Assembly (NCBI RefSeq): GCF_041956535.1
Contig: NW_027192193.1
Span: 281,288 to 345,287 of the forward strand
From: Calcarisporiella thermophila CBS 279.70
Lineage: Eukaryota > Fungi > Calcarisporiellomycota
Reading direction: 5' to 3'
DNA length: 64,000 nucleotides
This document shows, piece by piece, positions 1 to 12,163 of the stretch. Every line of letters begins with the position of its first letter. Position 1 is the first letter of the stretch. A program made the translations under genes and the position numbers. The notes under the pieces are model-generated. The model did no database searches. It was not told the DNA's origin and saw nothing but the letters and a program-made list of their open reading frames with translations.

Positions 1-2805
1 GACGAAAACGACGCTTAGTTTAATTGGGTCATTCCTTTCCAACAGTATTGAGCCTCCTGATGTGTCTTCGATAACTGCTCAGGCACCAGAATTGAAGACG
101 CCGAAGCCACGCAAGCTTCTTGTATGCGCCCCCAGTAACGCGGCTGTGGACGAAATCGTGAAACGTTTGAAGGCTGGCATTCTGGATGCATCGGGAGAAA
201 AAATATTCCCACGAGTGGTGCGCATCGGTGCAATTGACAAAGTCAGCCCTGGGGTGCTCGATCTCACAATTGAGCGCTTGGTAGAGAGTGAGATGAACCC
301 CAGCAATCCCGAGTACAATAAGGCCCAGTCTGAGATGAGCGACGCCAAGGGTCAGACGGAGATGTTGCGGGAAGCCCTTCGCAAGATTGCCAATCAACGA
401 GACGAGCGCATGGTCAAACTCGTGCAGGCACAAAAGGATAACGATCTCATTTTAGAGGCGAGTCTTGAGTCGGAGCTGAAGGCGCTTAACGATAAGAAGC
501 GTCGGATAGTGCAGCGCCTTGATGCAGAGAAGGAGCGATCAGAATCCAAGGCCGCGGCAGTCGATATCTTGCGATCCAAAATCAGGAGCAGGATCCTGGA
601 TGAGGCTGACATTATATGCACCACGCTTAGTGGAAGTGGCCACGAACTTCTCACCTCATTTACTGGGGGCTTCGGCACGGTGATAATCGATGAGGCCGCG
701 CAGTCGGTGGAGTTGAGCTCACTAATTCCATTGAAGTATCGATGCAGGAAATGTATCATGGTAGGAGGTATGTGTGCTCGTCCCCCATACACTGCTAGAT
801 GAGTTTTTTTTTTTCCGAAGGACTAATAAGAATTCGGTCCTTTTGTGCATAGATCCAAATCAGCTTCCACCCACAGTGCTCTCCCAACTTGCGGCTGAAT
901 ACAGCTATGAGCAGAGTCTTTTCGTCCGCATTCAGAAAAATTGCCCCGAGTCCGTTTATCTACTAAGGTATGTCTACCTTTGAGCCACCAGTTAAGTCGG
1001 AGTGACATCTTGCTAACATGGATAATGTAGCATCCAATACCGTATGCATCCAGATATCAGCTACTTCCCCAGTCGCCTCTTCTACGAGTCGCGTCTCACA
1101 GACGGCCCCCACATGAAAGAAATAACTCAGGCCACATGGCATAGCCATGCGCTATTTGGCCCCTATCGTTTTTTTGACGTGCACCGAGGACGGGAGGCAC
1201 AAGGCGTAAGCCATTCGCTCTACAACACAACTGAGGCTTTAGTGGCAGCCAATTTGCTCCAGATGCTTGCCACTGAGTTCCCAAAGACACCGGTAAAGAT
1301 GGAGCTTTGCTTACCGCTCTTCTTTGTCCAATAACGTCAGGGATGAACCTGTGTTTTCTCCTTAACATAGCTTGCCAATCGAGTTGGTGTTATTACCCCC
1401 TATAAACAGCAACTACGAGAGCTCAAGCGGGTATTTGAATCCAGATTTGGCAAAGGCATCCTGAGTGTAGTCGACTTCAATACAGTCGTATGTATTTTTG
1501 CTATTTATTTTTTTCACTCTAATTGTTTCGAGGCGAAGTGTTCTATGGGTTCTACTTTTTCTATTCTTTTTTTTTTCATCCCACAGGATGGCTTCCAAGG
1601 ACAAGAGAAAGACATTATCATATTTTCCTGCGTCCGTGCCAGCGGTGGTAAGCGAGATCATTTGCATGGATTGCTGCACGATACCCAGATATTGACGTTT
1701 TTTTTCACCCCTTTAAATAGAATCAGGGGTTGGCTTCTTGGCCGATGTTCGCCGTATGAACGTTGGCTTAACTCGCGCGCGCTCTTCCATTTTCATCCTT
1801 GGGCATGCCAAGTCTTTGCTGAGGAACCGCATGTGGAAAGCGCTGGTCCTCGATGCTGAAAAGAGAAAGTTAATTATATCGGTGTGTAATCGTGGTGGTT
1901 AGTCTAGTGGTTCCCAAGCTAAATACACTCCTCCTTTAGTGTGACGTATCCACGTTTGGAAGCAAGTCCAATGACTTTAACAATCTTTTCGAGGTCGACA
2001 ACTCACCCCCCAAGGCAATCAACTTGCCCCCCGAAGTGATCAGCATCAAGGTGCCGAAGAGCGAAGAGAGCCTTGACGCCCAAGCACCCGTTCGCCACCA
2101 AAAAGACGCGGAAAAGTCGCCGTCCCTTGATTTGGATAGTGCGACCGAGGAGAGAGCAATGCAAGTCGATCAGCCCGAAGGAAACATCCCGAAACCTGAT
2201 ACTCCGGAGCCGAAAAAGCGGCCCAATGAGGAAGGAGGAGCGTCTGCTTCTGATAGCGACAGCAAACGTATGAGGACGAAATCTGCTGATAGCACCACCG
2301 ATAAGCAACAAGGAGCTCGGCCCAAGGTATATTGATGAATACGCTTCTTTTCAGAACTCGTTGCTTACCAATTGCCCATCTGCTTTATTTCCTAGATTCC
2401 TCCGCGAATGGCACCCAAGAAAATTGAACCTAACATCTTCATCAATCGGAAACCAAAAAAGGTAAACTCCCCTCCAATCCTGTTTTGCGGCCCGCCTCTA
2501 ACGAATGTTCTCTCTAGCAAAAAATAGAGCCCCTCCCTGCCACATCGGTGCGCCAACGACTCAACGAAAAGAGGATTGGTCCCTCGCCCGTTCATCCCCC
2601 ATCCAACCGCCCCCCCAGCATCCAACGGGGTTCCTCGGCCAATTCTTCTGGCCAACCGCATACCCAACCCTCCCATTCCCTTCCGCATCCAAATCATCGA
2701 TCGAGCTCGACCGGATCACTAAAATCCCGCCGTGGTCCCCCGCCGAAGGCGCGTCAGCAGGAAGTGAATTTGGATGAGATTTTAAAGAGCATGGAGAAAA
2801 GATGA
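1..2805 (+). CDS. SEN1: Sen1/senataxin-like SF1 helicase, 3' part (gene starts upstream of window), multi-exon
   Basis: Motifs LLVCAPSNAAVDEI, IICTTLSGSG, VIIDEAAQSVE, VG|DPNQLPPTV, QYRMHPDIS, GVITPYKQQ, DGFQGQEKDIII, RRMNVGLTRAR across GT-AG introns; low-complexity C-tail ending at TGA 2805. Confidence 0.9.
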
Positions 2806-3629
2806 ACCTCCTATAGACACACTAGCCACTCAGCATTGGCTGAGCCTGCTATCGCGGCTATTTTGTTATTATTGAATATTGTACATTTCTTTCTATGTTC
2901 CACTCTCCTGCACCTTTTTGTTTTTCTTCTATACCAATCAATAGAAATTCCCATGCATGGAAATGCTAATCGAATAGCGAGATATGCATCCTAAGACGAT
3001 AGCCACCGTGACCAATGTGCTCGGAGGTGGGGTGAGAATTTCACTCCCGTCCCTCACCGAAACCCCCATTCAAACTCGAAGAATTTTCCACTAACGTCCC
3101 GGCAACTATACAGGCCAAATAGGGTAGGCGGAATTTATTGACAAATTGAGCCGTTTCGTCTAGTCCATATTAGCCCACCACTGCCTCTATATAGGAAAGT
3201 GCTTACTCTCACATGCATTGAAATTTCCATTGTGTTCCTAGTCCAATCCATAGCGCTGGGCCGCTATATTTTGGGCCCATAGAAACAAACGCACTTGTTT
3301 TCAAGAGCACAACCTCCCTTTTGTTAGTGGTGCTCTGAGATCTTTTCTTGGTCATTCCATCATACACACCACTTTGCACATGAACTGGGGGTGAGATAGG
3401 GTGCACCTGACGAAAACTGCAACGCAACGGTCCCCTTCATTATGTAATGGCAGTGCCATTTTACAAAAGATATTTAAAGGCTCCCCTTTTCGCGCATTCT
3501 ACTGCTAGTCATCATCATTTTATCCGTTGCTCGACGCTCCAAAGATATTTAATTAGGTAATCCTCCCCCACACTGTCCGTAAATGAAATGTTACCATTTG
3601 ACTTTAATTGCCACTGCTATTGGATAGGT

Positions 3630-3908
3630 ATGAAGCTTGCTACGTCATTGATTGGCCTCACATTTGCGTGGATGTTTGCCACCGCTGCAGCCGAGTGGGA
3701 GTGCAATGAAAACAATAGCCTAGGTGATATGAGGGTCAACGCGTGCCGCAGCAACAACTACTTCTGTGTTAATCGATTCTCCAACGTCAACAACAACGGG
3801 GTGAAGGCCTTCTGCGTGCGTGCTAGCGACTACGGGGGCCAAGGCCTTCTAGCCAGGTGTCAGTGCTATTCCAACGTTCATTTCGACAGGCCATACCCCA
3901 GGAAATAA
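3630..3908 (+). CDS. Small secreted cysteine-rich protein (92 aa, 6 Cys)
   Basis: ATG 3630 follows a probable 5'-UTR intron (gtaatcc...ggatag); signal-peptide-like MKLATSLIGLTFAWMFATAAA; mature part of ~71 aa with 6 Cys. Confidence 0.75.
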   Translation: MKLATSLIGLTFAWMFATAAAEWECNENNSLGDMRVNACRSNNYFCVNRFSNVNNNGVKAFCVRASDYGGQGLLARCQCYSNVHFDRPYPRK

Positions 3909-4971
3909 CTTCACCCACACAACGGGTATTGCCAAGTGCTAAGCCTTGAAAACATATTATTGTTTATTGTTCTCATTAATATATTGAAATAAAGTGAGAA
4001 GTTAGACTCGCTATGATTGAGAAGCTTGCTGCTAGTTGGCATCGCGTATTTTTTGTTGTGGGGTTAAGGCATTCTTTTGGGAGAGAATACAGCCAAATGT
4101 AGTGCGCTAAATAGTTCGTCCGCCTGCTGCTCAGTACTCCCGATAGAAAGAATGCGAGCCAATAGGAAGTTTCATCAAACGATTTGCGTGAGTTAGCGAT
4201 GCTAAATATGCTCGATATATTAGTCATGACCCTGTACACGTGCACTTGCAAGAATCCAGCTCGTTGTACATGACGGAGAGGGATGTTCGTGGACATTTTT
4301 CTGTTGAAGACACCAGGCTGCCACTTCAACTATCCAAACATTTCCCGACAATCTGATTTTTTACATTCTGCGCAAGGCTAAGCGCTATGAGTGGAGGTGG
4401 GTGGGAGCGGCTGTCCTGAGAAATGATCTGATTCTTTATATCCCAACCTTGCTAATTGGAACGGGGTGAGATAGATTCCACAACCTATGCATATGCATTG
4501 CAGCTGTCAAAAACATGCCTTGATGAACGCACCGCTTTTCGGGCCATCCCTTGGATTTGCTAATTTCCTCGGGTGGCGCAAGAAGTGGTCGCTATCAGCT
4601 CATCTATTTATTTTAAGATCCTTGTGTGTTTGGAACTCTATATTAGAGTCCATAGTTGTGCACTGAAATTGCTCTGAATAGAAATAGGTTTACTTAATGC
4701 TCACTTGATATATAGATATCATTGGCTATTGTTGGAGTTTTGTCTTTTTTCCTTTTCTCCACTTCGTTTTTTTCCTTTTTCTTTCTACCTTCCTTTTTTT
4801 TTTCCTTTTTCCCTCCCTCTCCTTTAACCCCTGCTATATTCCGCTGGTAACGCATTCCTTTTTGTGCTTAATTTCAGTCCAATTCGCACTACCACCCCTC
4901 TTTGTATTTGTTTCCACCACCATAGACTAGTGGGTCCATTCTCAAGAAGAGTCTTGGCTAACGAGTAAAGC

Positions 4972-5820
4972 ATGCAAATGCTGCAGAGGAGATCTAGCCA
5001 TCAGTATTTTCGCCGCCAAAGGAGCGAAGACCAGGCTCCCTTCCAGAGCAAGGCGGATCCCGCCACGCCTAAGAACGACCCCACCACAAAAGAAACGACC
5101 CCACCACCCCCAGAGTCTACTCCGGAGAAGTCCAAGCAGACTACACAGTCCACCCCGCCAGAGCCTTCGGGTCCCAATAAATCCGATAAATCTACACCGA
5201 GTCCGGGCAAGAACACACAGTCGGCGCCTGCACCACCTCCTACCCTCACCATGACCAAAACTACCGTGATAGGCGAAACACCGTTGAAGACACCTTCGCA
5301 GCCATCGTCGAAGAATTCATCCTCTTTAAAACCACCGGTGAACCCCTCTCTTTTGCCGCCTTCCTCCCATAACCCGTTTTCCACATTCGTGCCCTCCACA
5401 TCCGCCTCGAACTCGCTCGACGCCCCACTCGCGTCCACCTCGGCTAGCTTAGTGAAGCACGATGGGCAGAATGGAGAGCAGAAAGCAGACGATGGGGGCA
5501 CAGTGCAGTAAGTTCCAGCGCTAACCTTAAGCTAAAGCCTAGGTTCTCATCTGATGCCCATTAGGTTTATGACGATTGGAATTGCCGTTGGGTGTGCCGT
5601 ATTAGCAGCGGGCATTGGTATTTATATTTTCAGGAAATGGAAGCTCTCTGTAAGTTATTCGTTCAGCTCTTCTTGCATTTGTTTGCTAACTGGGATGGCG
5701 ATGACGATCCAATAGCCCTCGAGGAGCTTCAAGGATAAGTTTTTGCCTGAAGATTCATACCATTTCGAGGGTACACGGGAGAAAGATCCTAGCTACCTCC
5801 GGAATCTGAAAGAGCCATAG
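4972..5820 (+). CDS. Pro/Ser/Thr-rich single-pass membrane protein; true 5' end uncertain
   Basis: Introns 5508-5564 and 5650-5715 splice in frame to give a TM helix (IGIAVGCAVLAAGIGIYIF) followed by RKWKLSPSRSFKDK...EP*. Confidence 0.7.
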
Positions 5821-6256
5821 AGATGGATGGATCTCGGGCTGGATATTTGTATTATTATCATGATACCGTCAAGATGACCACTTCTAGTAACATAGCGTAA
5901 TCGTAATAAAGTGTACCATTCTTTCATCTCCACTCGCATCATGTGCGAAATTCATCATTGGGGCATCTCGATTTGGCGAGGCCTATCCATCCATCTCAAA
6001 GCCTCCGCTTTAGATATGTTCTGGAAATGGATCGTGTTAAATAAAACAATAGATAGAGGTTTAAATTATTGTTTCAGTACAAGTAGAATATCAAATGACA
6101 ATGATGTGAGTGAATAAAAGAGATAAAGTAATGGGCTTCTAAGACTAGGAAAATGTGCAAGATGTACCAACGTCTCCATGGGTAGGGGCAAAAGATAACT
6201 CCGTTGCACTCTTTCGTTTATTATTTTCTTATAAATAACGAGGGGAGGGGAGGGAA

Positions 6257-7463
6257 TTAGAGCAGGAGGGAGGCGACGAAACCAGCGAAGCCAAGGAATC
6301 CGAATCCAAGAACCTTGGATGCGTCCGAAGTCTTGGCGGGGCCGGCCGATTGAGCGGCGGCGGGGGCGGACGACTTGGAGGAAGCCTGCTGGGTGTTAGC
6401 CTGGGGGACTACCTGCTGGGGAACCACCGACTGGGAAACAACGGGGGCGGCGGAGGAGGAGGAGGCGGGGACCACAACAGAAGAGGAGGCAGGGAGGGAG
6501 GAGGCAGCGCTGGAGGCAGGGCCGTCACGGTAGGCGGAGGCCTCGCCAATGCACTGGCTGGCAAGAATGGGCTTGTAGCCAGCCTTGACCAGCTTGGGGA
6601 TGTTGGAGATGGCGATATCGACAGTCTCCTTGGCGTGATCGTGCTCAAGGGAGAGAACGCCGGTCTGGCGGGTGGCGAACTCGCCGATGGGCTTGGCGAA
6701 GTTGGCAATCACCTGAGGGATGGTGATTTCCTTGCTGCGGATCTTCCAGTCGTTGCTAGAGTAGAGAGGAGGGGGGTGGGGGAGGAGAGGTCAGAGGATG
6801 CGGGGGGAGGGAGGCCGGCCTTATTGCATGTACTTACGTGTCCACGTCCCACTGGAAGATCTTGTAGCCGAGCTGGGCGGCAATGTCGCGCACACGGTCG
6901 TCCATGTCACCCTGAGGCGGGCGGATGTACTTGATGCGCTTGCCGACGGCCTGGAAGATGGCCTCCTCGGTCCACTTGAGCTCGGAGATGATCTGCTCGT
7001 TGGTGAGGGTGGTGAGCGGGGTATGCGACCAGGTGTGACCAGCGAGCTCGTGGCCCTCGGCGTAGGCGCGCTTGACGAGGTCGGGGAACTTGCGGACCTG
7101 GGAGCCCATGAGGAAGAAGGTCACCTTGAGGTTGTTCTGCTTGAGGAAGTCAAGGAGGGCGGGGGTGAACTCGGTGGGTCCGTCGTCGAAGGTCAGGGCC
7201 CACTGGCCCTTAGGGCAGGTGGCGACGTCGGTCTTGTTGGTGCGGAGGCAGGTGGTGCAGGTCCAGTGGCAGAAGGGGTCGGCACCGCCCTCGGCGCATT
7301 TAGCGCCGACGGGGGCCTTGGCCACCTTGGAGGCGTCGACCAGGGAGAGCCACTCGGGGGCGGCGGGGGGGGTGGTATCGATGGTGGGCAGAGTCAGGGG
7401 CTGCTGGGCCACGGCGACGGCGGCCATGGAGGCGGCGACAACGAAGAGCGTCTTGGAGACCAT
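6257..7463 (-). CDS. Chitin deacetylase (CE4/NodB), signal peptide, Ser/Ala-rich linker, GPI-type hydrophobic C-terminus
   Basis: TFDDGP, HTWSH, RPPQG, WDVDT|NDW and LEHD motifs; intron 6756-6837 joins ORFs 6834..7463 and 6257..6712 in frame. Confidence 0.93.
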
Positions 7464-8563
7464 ATTAGCGGAACGATAGGAAGGGGGTATTAAGGAGGAG
7501 GTATTCTATTCGGAAGGGAAAACAAACAAGAAGAGGGGGGGAGGAGAGGAGCCGCTGGCCGGCCGTGAATTTTTATAGCAAAGCCTAAAACTCTCCATGG
7601 CCGATACACAAGTGATTAGGGGGCCTCCACTCTCTCCTCCCGCCTTGCCAAATTCATCCTCCTTTCACGCGGTGTCTCCACCCATTGGTCGCTGTGTAAT
7701 CCGGTGGATATCTGTTTGGGGGAAACTCCGGCCAAAAAGGATCCTAAGTGTCTGTGTGTCACTTATCTTAATTGAGAGACCAATTGTGCTTGTGGACTCC
7801 CGTTTCCCTAGTAGCGTATAGTCATCGCCCGTCGAACATTGTAGAAGAGGAGCCCGTTTAAAAATAATATCGGCTGGCACGAGAAGGGCTTAGCCTGGTG
7901 TGCTGAACACTCGCGTGTGCTAATATTAGCAAAAGCGACGGGGGACAAGGTTTGAGGACGATCTGGATTGGGATGGGCGGGCGGGGGGCCTTGCTCGATT
8001 GTAACGATAATAATGTTTGAGATGGCGAAAGCGTAAGCTTTCTTTTGTTCTATTCTTCTTCGACCCAGGAATTTTCCTACGAGCTTGTCAGCGTAACATA
8101 GCAAGCTGCTATTTATAACCTCTGGAGATGGCGGGTCATCCCCGCCTTCCCCATCAAGATTTGTGCTCCATGCATTGGCATTTCTCGAGACATTTCGCAA
8201 ACCAAACAGATGCCATCGGCATCCCATCTCCATCTGTCACATTCTCTCTCCGCTTTATTGTATAAACATCAACCCTCATTCTTGAGGGGAAAACATAGTA
8301 AGCCTGGGGTTCACTCAAACATGACCCACTCCAATGCCTTGTACAAATGTTTAAAAGCACACACTTTGTCCAGAGATTGTCCCAGGACTTGCTCCAATGT
8401 CGGTTGGATTGGCCGCACAGCAGACCGCTAGTGTCTGTTCCAATCTTAACCTAACCTAGTCGTGAATTTCATTCATGTGAAATAGGCGCGGCAAAAAGTT
8501 AGGGAATATTCCTTCCCCCCCCCCCCTCATTGCCTTGCCATTTTCCCAGTTGCTCTCTACATA

Positions 8564-10003
8564 ATGTCAAACCTCTCGCGTACACTCCCTGGCTTTATCC
8601 AGATATCGCCTCGCATGGAGCAGCTGCTGGCGAAGCTAGAGGATTTTGTCACGGTGGGTGGGAATGGATGGGCTGACGAAGCATCGATTAATGGTAAACG
8701 TGTCTTTCCCTTTAGAATGACTGTATCCCCGCCGAAAAGCTCGCACGATCCCAGCTGGGCACCGGAGAAAACCGCTGGAAAGTAAGTATACCTTTTGATT
8801 TGTTGGCATTCCGCGGATGTTTCTCACTCAGAGCCATCCCACCAGATCGTCCCGCCCGTATTACACCAGCTGAAAGAAAAGGCAAAATCGCTCGGCCTAT
8901 GGAACCTCTTCCTCCCTCAAGACATTCCCGGCAGCCCCGGCCTCAGCAATGTGGAGTATGCACTTTGTGCCGAGATTATGGGGCGCTCCGTGCTGCTTGC
9001 CCCCGAGGCCTGCAATTGCTCCGCCCCCGACACCGGCAACATGGAGCTGCTGGCCCGGTGTGGAAACGAGGAGCAGAAGCGCCGCTGGCTCGAGCCGCTT
9101 CTCCGTGGAGAGATTCGCAGCGCCTTTGCCATGACCGAGAAGAACGTGGCAAGCTCCGATGCCACCAACGTGCAGACCAGGATTGAGAGGCAGGGGAACG
9201 AGTATGTGATCAACGGCCACAAGTGGTGGATTTCCGGCGCAGGGAACCCGGAGTGCAAGGTGTTCTTGGTCATGGGGAAGACGGATCCCAGCGCCGCGAG
9301 GCACAAGCAGCAGAGCGTGGTCATTGTGCCGGCGGGGACGCCCGGGCTGACCATTGTGCGCCCGATGGAGGTGTTCGGGTACGACGATGCGCCCGAGGGC
9401 CACTGCGAGGTGACGTTTGAGAATGTGCGGGTGCCCGTGGAGAACGTGCTCCTGGGCGAGGGGCGCGGCTTCGAGCTGGCGCAGACTCGGCTGGGCCCGG
9501 GGAGATTGCACCATTGCATGCGGGCGATCGGCGTCGCCGAGCGGGCGCTGGAGCTGATGCTGCTGCGGGTGACGGACGAGAGCCGGAAGACGTTTGGCAA
9601 GCTGCTCGTCCAGCACGGGACGGTGTTGAGCTGGGTGGCCCAGTCCCGGATGGACATCGACCAGGCGAGGCTGCTCGTCCTCAACGCGGCCGCCATGGTG
9701 GATCGCGATGGGGCGAAGGCGGCTCGCAAGGCGATCAGTGTGGCGAAAATCGTGGTGCCGAACGCGGTGCTTCGCGTCCTCGACCGAGCCATCCAGGCGT
9801 TTGGCGCGGGCGGCGTTAGCCAGGATTTCCCGCTCGCCCAAGCCTACGCGATGACGCGGACGTTGCGCATTGCGGATGGCCCCGACGAGGTGCATCAGCT
9901 CGTGGTGGGAGGCATGGAGCTCCGACGGGTCCCGGAGCTCCGCTCCGCCGATGAGCAGCGAAAGGCTCGAGAGCAGGAGATCTTTGCCAAGGCCAAGCTT
10001 TGA
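8564..10003 (+). CDS. Acyl-CoA dehydrogenase, ACAD10/11-like; C-terminal AKL peroxisomal PTS1
   Basis: [55 protein letters not shown]; two short 5' introns; ends -AKL*. Confidence 0.95.
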
Positions 10004-10525
10004 GCTGAGCATTGTACTAGTCATGGTTTTGCCTTAATATTTCATTTCGTCTCATCCCTTCCCTCTTCTCCCTCTTTTCCGTCCTCTCCGCCTTCTTCTC
10101 TCTTCTATGTAGGTTTGTTATACCAAGAATCGCCTCGCCTCTATTTAGTAGTGGTCATTATTATTATTATTAAAAAAAAAACGAATGAAACGCGATAATA
10201 AAAGAAAAGAAGCAAAAGAGACGAGAGAAAAAAAAAATGTACACAATTAAACATTATCAAGTGAATACTCCAGTTGCAGTATCCCCAAGATAAAAGAAAA
10301 AAATATCGATATACGAGATTAAAAAAAAAAATCAAACCGCATTTCAAAACGTGCTCATATTCGAAAAAAAAAAAATCCTAACCGAATGGAGAGAAAGGAA
10401 TTTGGAAAGAGAAGAGTCATCAGAGAAGCCATCAAGAGACCCCCGTGGGTGCAAGAATCAACATAAAAGGTGCAACCCACAGGCCAAAACCTTCAAACAC
10501 AAAGGACCAACAAGTGATATCGTCA

Positions 10526-12163
10526 TTAAAACCGGGTATGCTCGCTCGAGCGGAATTTTGAAAACAGGGAGTTCGCCGCGTGGACCAGCGAGAGGGAAGC
10601 GTTTGCCTCGAGAAAGATAACCAAGCTTCCCGTCACGACCCCCACCACCGCCAGGAACATGGCCACCGCACCCATGGTCTCGTAGACCATTCCGCCCACC
10701 AAGCTTCCCAGTCCCGTGCCGATTCCCAAATACACCGCGGCAAAGAGCCCCTGGGAAGTCGCGCTCAGATGGGGGGGTGCGAATTCATCCGCGCGCTGCA
10801 CTCCGGCCGCCCACAGCCCTGAAAATGCGACCCCATTAAGCAATTGCAGGGAGAGGGCCACCGTCGATCCAAACGGTCCGGGGGGCAGGATCGTATAGGC
10901 CAACGCGCGCACAATAGTCACCACGTGAGCGAGCAGGATGAGGAAGGAGCCGCCAAAATTCGAGAGCAGCTGCTTCGAGTAGAAAAAGAAGAGAAGCTCC
11001 GTCAATGCCGACATCGGGCCCGTCCAACCGAGCTGCGTGCCCGTGGCATGGAGCGAGTGGCGCATAAACAGGAACAGGAAGCTGTTGATCATGCTGAGAG
11101 CCATGGCCATGAGGAGCATGTTGGAGAGGAACAGGATCATCCGGGTGTCGTTCACGAGGTCCCACACCGTTTCCGGGCACGCCGCCGGGATCTCGTAGGG
11201 CTCGGCCTGGACGCTGAGGAGGGTGGACTTGGGCAGCGGAGGGGGCGCGGGGATCTCCACGGAAATGTCGTCGTCCTTGAACGACGCATTGCAAGTGGTG
11301 TAGAGGGTGGTGGAGGAGTTGGTGGCCGATAATGAGCACACCTCGTCCTGCTCGTCATGGCACACGACGATTTCCCCCATCCCTTCGTCCTGCTGCTCCT
11401 CCTCCACCATCACGGGGATCGAGTGGTAGTAGCCAGTGCGCCTCCCCGCCATCCGCGCCAAGTAATCGATGGTGCTCTTCACCGAGCTGGAGCTATAGTT
11501 GTGCAGACGGTGGTGCAGCGGGGAGCTCACCAGGAGCGGCTGCTTCTCCTCCAGCATTTCCGCCGCGGGCGCGGGGGCAAACCGAGTAACGCAGCAGAGC
11601 CCGACGTAGGCGGCAAGGGCATGGAGCATGGCATAGAACACGACATTGATGTCGCCCGTCTTCTCGATGAGCACGCCGATGTAGAGCTGGGTCAGGCCGC
11701 ACGACACAGAACCCCAGAGGCGCTGCCGCCCGTAGAGCTCCTTGTCCACGTCGAGGATTTTGAGCACCCCCGAGTCGGTCAAGGACTGCAGGGGAATCCC
11801 AAAAAAGGACCACCCGATGTTGGCCAGCGTCACCAAGGCGACGGTATACAGCAAGCGCTCACCGCCCTGCCACCCAAACAGATTCTGAGCCATGGGCACG
11901 AGCGAGAGCAAGAAGATCGACAGGGCCGCGAGGAGAGCAATCATGGCCATAAGGGAGCGATGGCCGCCCGTTCGGTCCGCAAGCGATGTCCACACGGGGC
12001 AGGCGAGCGCGGAAACAAAGGGCGCAATCGCGAAGACCACGCCGACCATGTACGAGGGCAGGCCAAGGGTTTCTTTGTAAAATATAGCAAGGTATACGGT
12101 GCTACCCATGGCCGCAAACAGCGCCGAGTAGATGAGCTTGGGCAACAGGTACATATTGATCAT
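10526..12163 (-). CDS. MFS transporter, MFSD6-like (MFS_1_like), with long central loop
   Basis: PVWTSLADRTG, YGRQRLWGSVSCG, LQLLNGVAFSGLWAA, SATSQGL motifs; two hydrophobic halves; first ATG at 12163. Confidence 0.9.
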   Translation of the reverse strand: MINMYLLPKLIYSALFAAMGSTVYLAIFYKETLGLPSYMVGVVFAIAPFVSALACPVWTSLADRTGGHRSLMAMIALLAALSIFLLSLVPMAQNLFGWQGGERLLYTVALVTLANIGWSFFGIPLQSLTDSGVLKILDVDKELYGRQRLWGSVSCGLTQLYIGVLIEKTGDINVVFYAMLHALAAYVGLCCVTRFAPAPAAEMLEEKQPLLVSSPLHHRLHNYSSSSVKSTIDYLARMAGRRTGYYHSIPVMVEEEQQDEGMGEIVVCHDEQDEVCSLSATNSSTTLYTTCNASFKDDDISVEIPAPPPLPKSTLLSVQAEPYEIPAACPETVWDLVNDTRMILFLSNMLLMAMALSMINSFLFLFMRHSLHATGTQLGWTGPMSALTELLFFFYSKQLLSNFGGSFLILLAHVVTIVRALAYTILPPGPFGSTVALSLQLLNGVAFSGLWAAGVQRADEFAPPHLSATSQGLFAAVYLGIGTGLGSLVGGMVYETMGAVAMFLAVVGVVTGSLVIFLEANASLSLVHAANSLFSKFRSSEHTRF

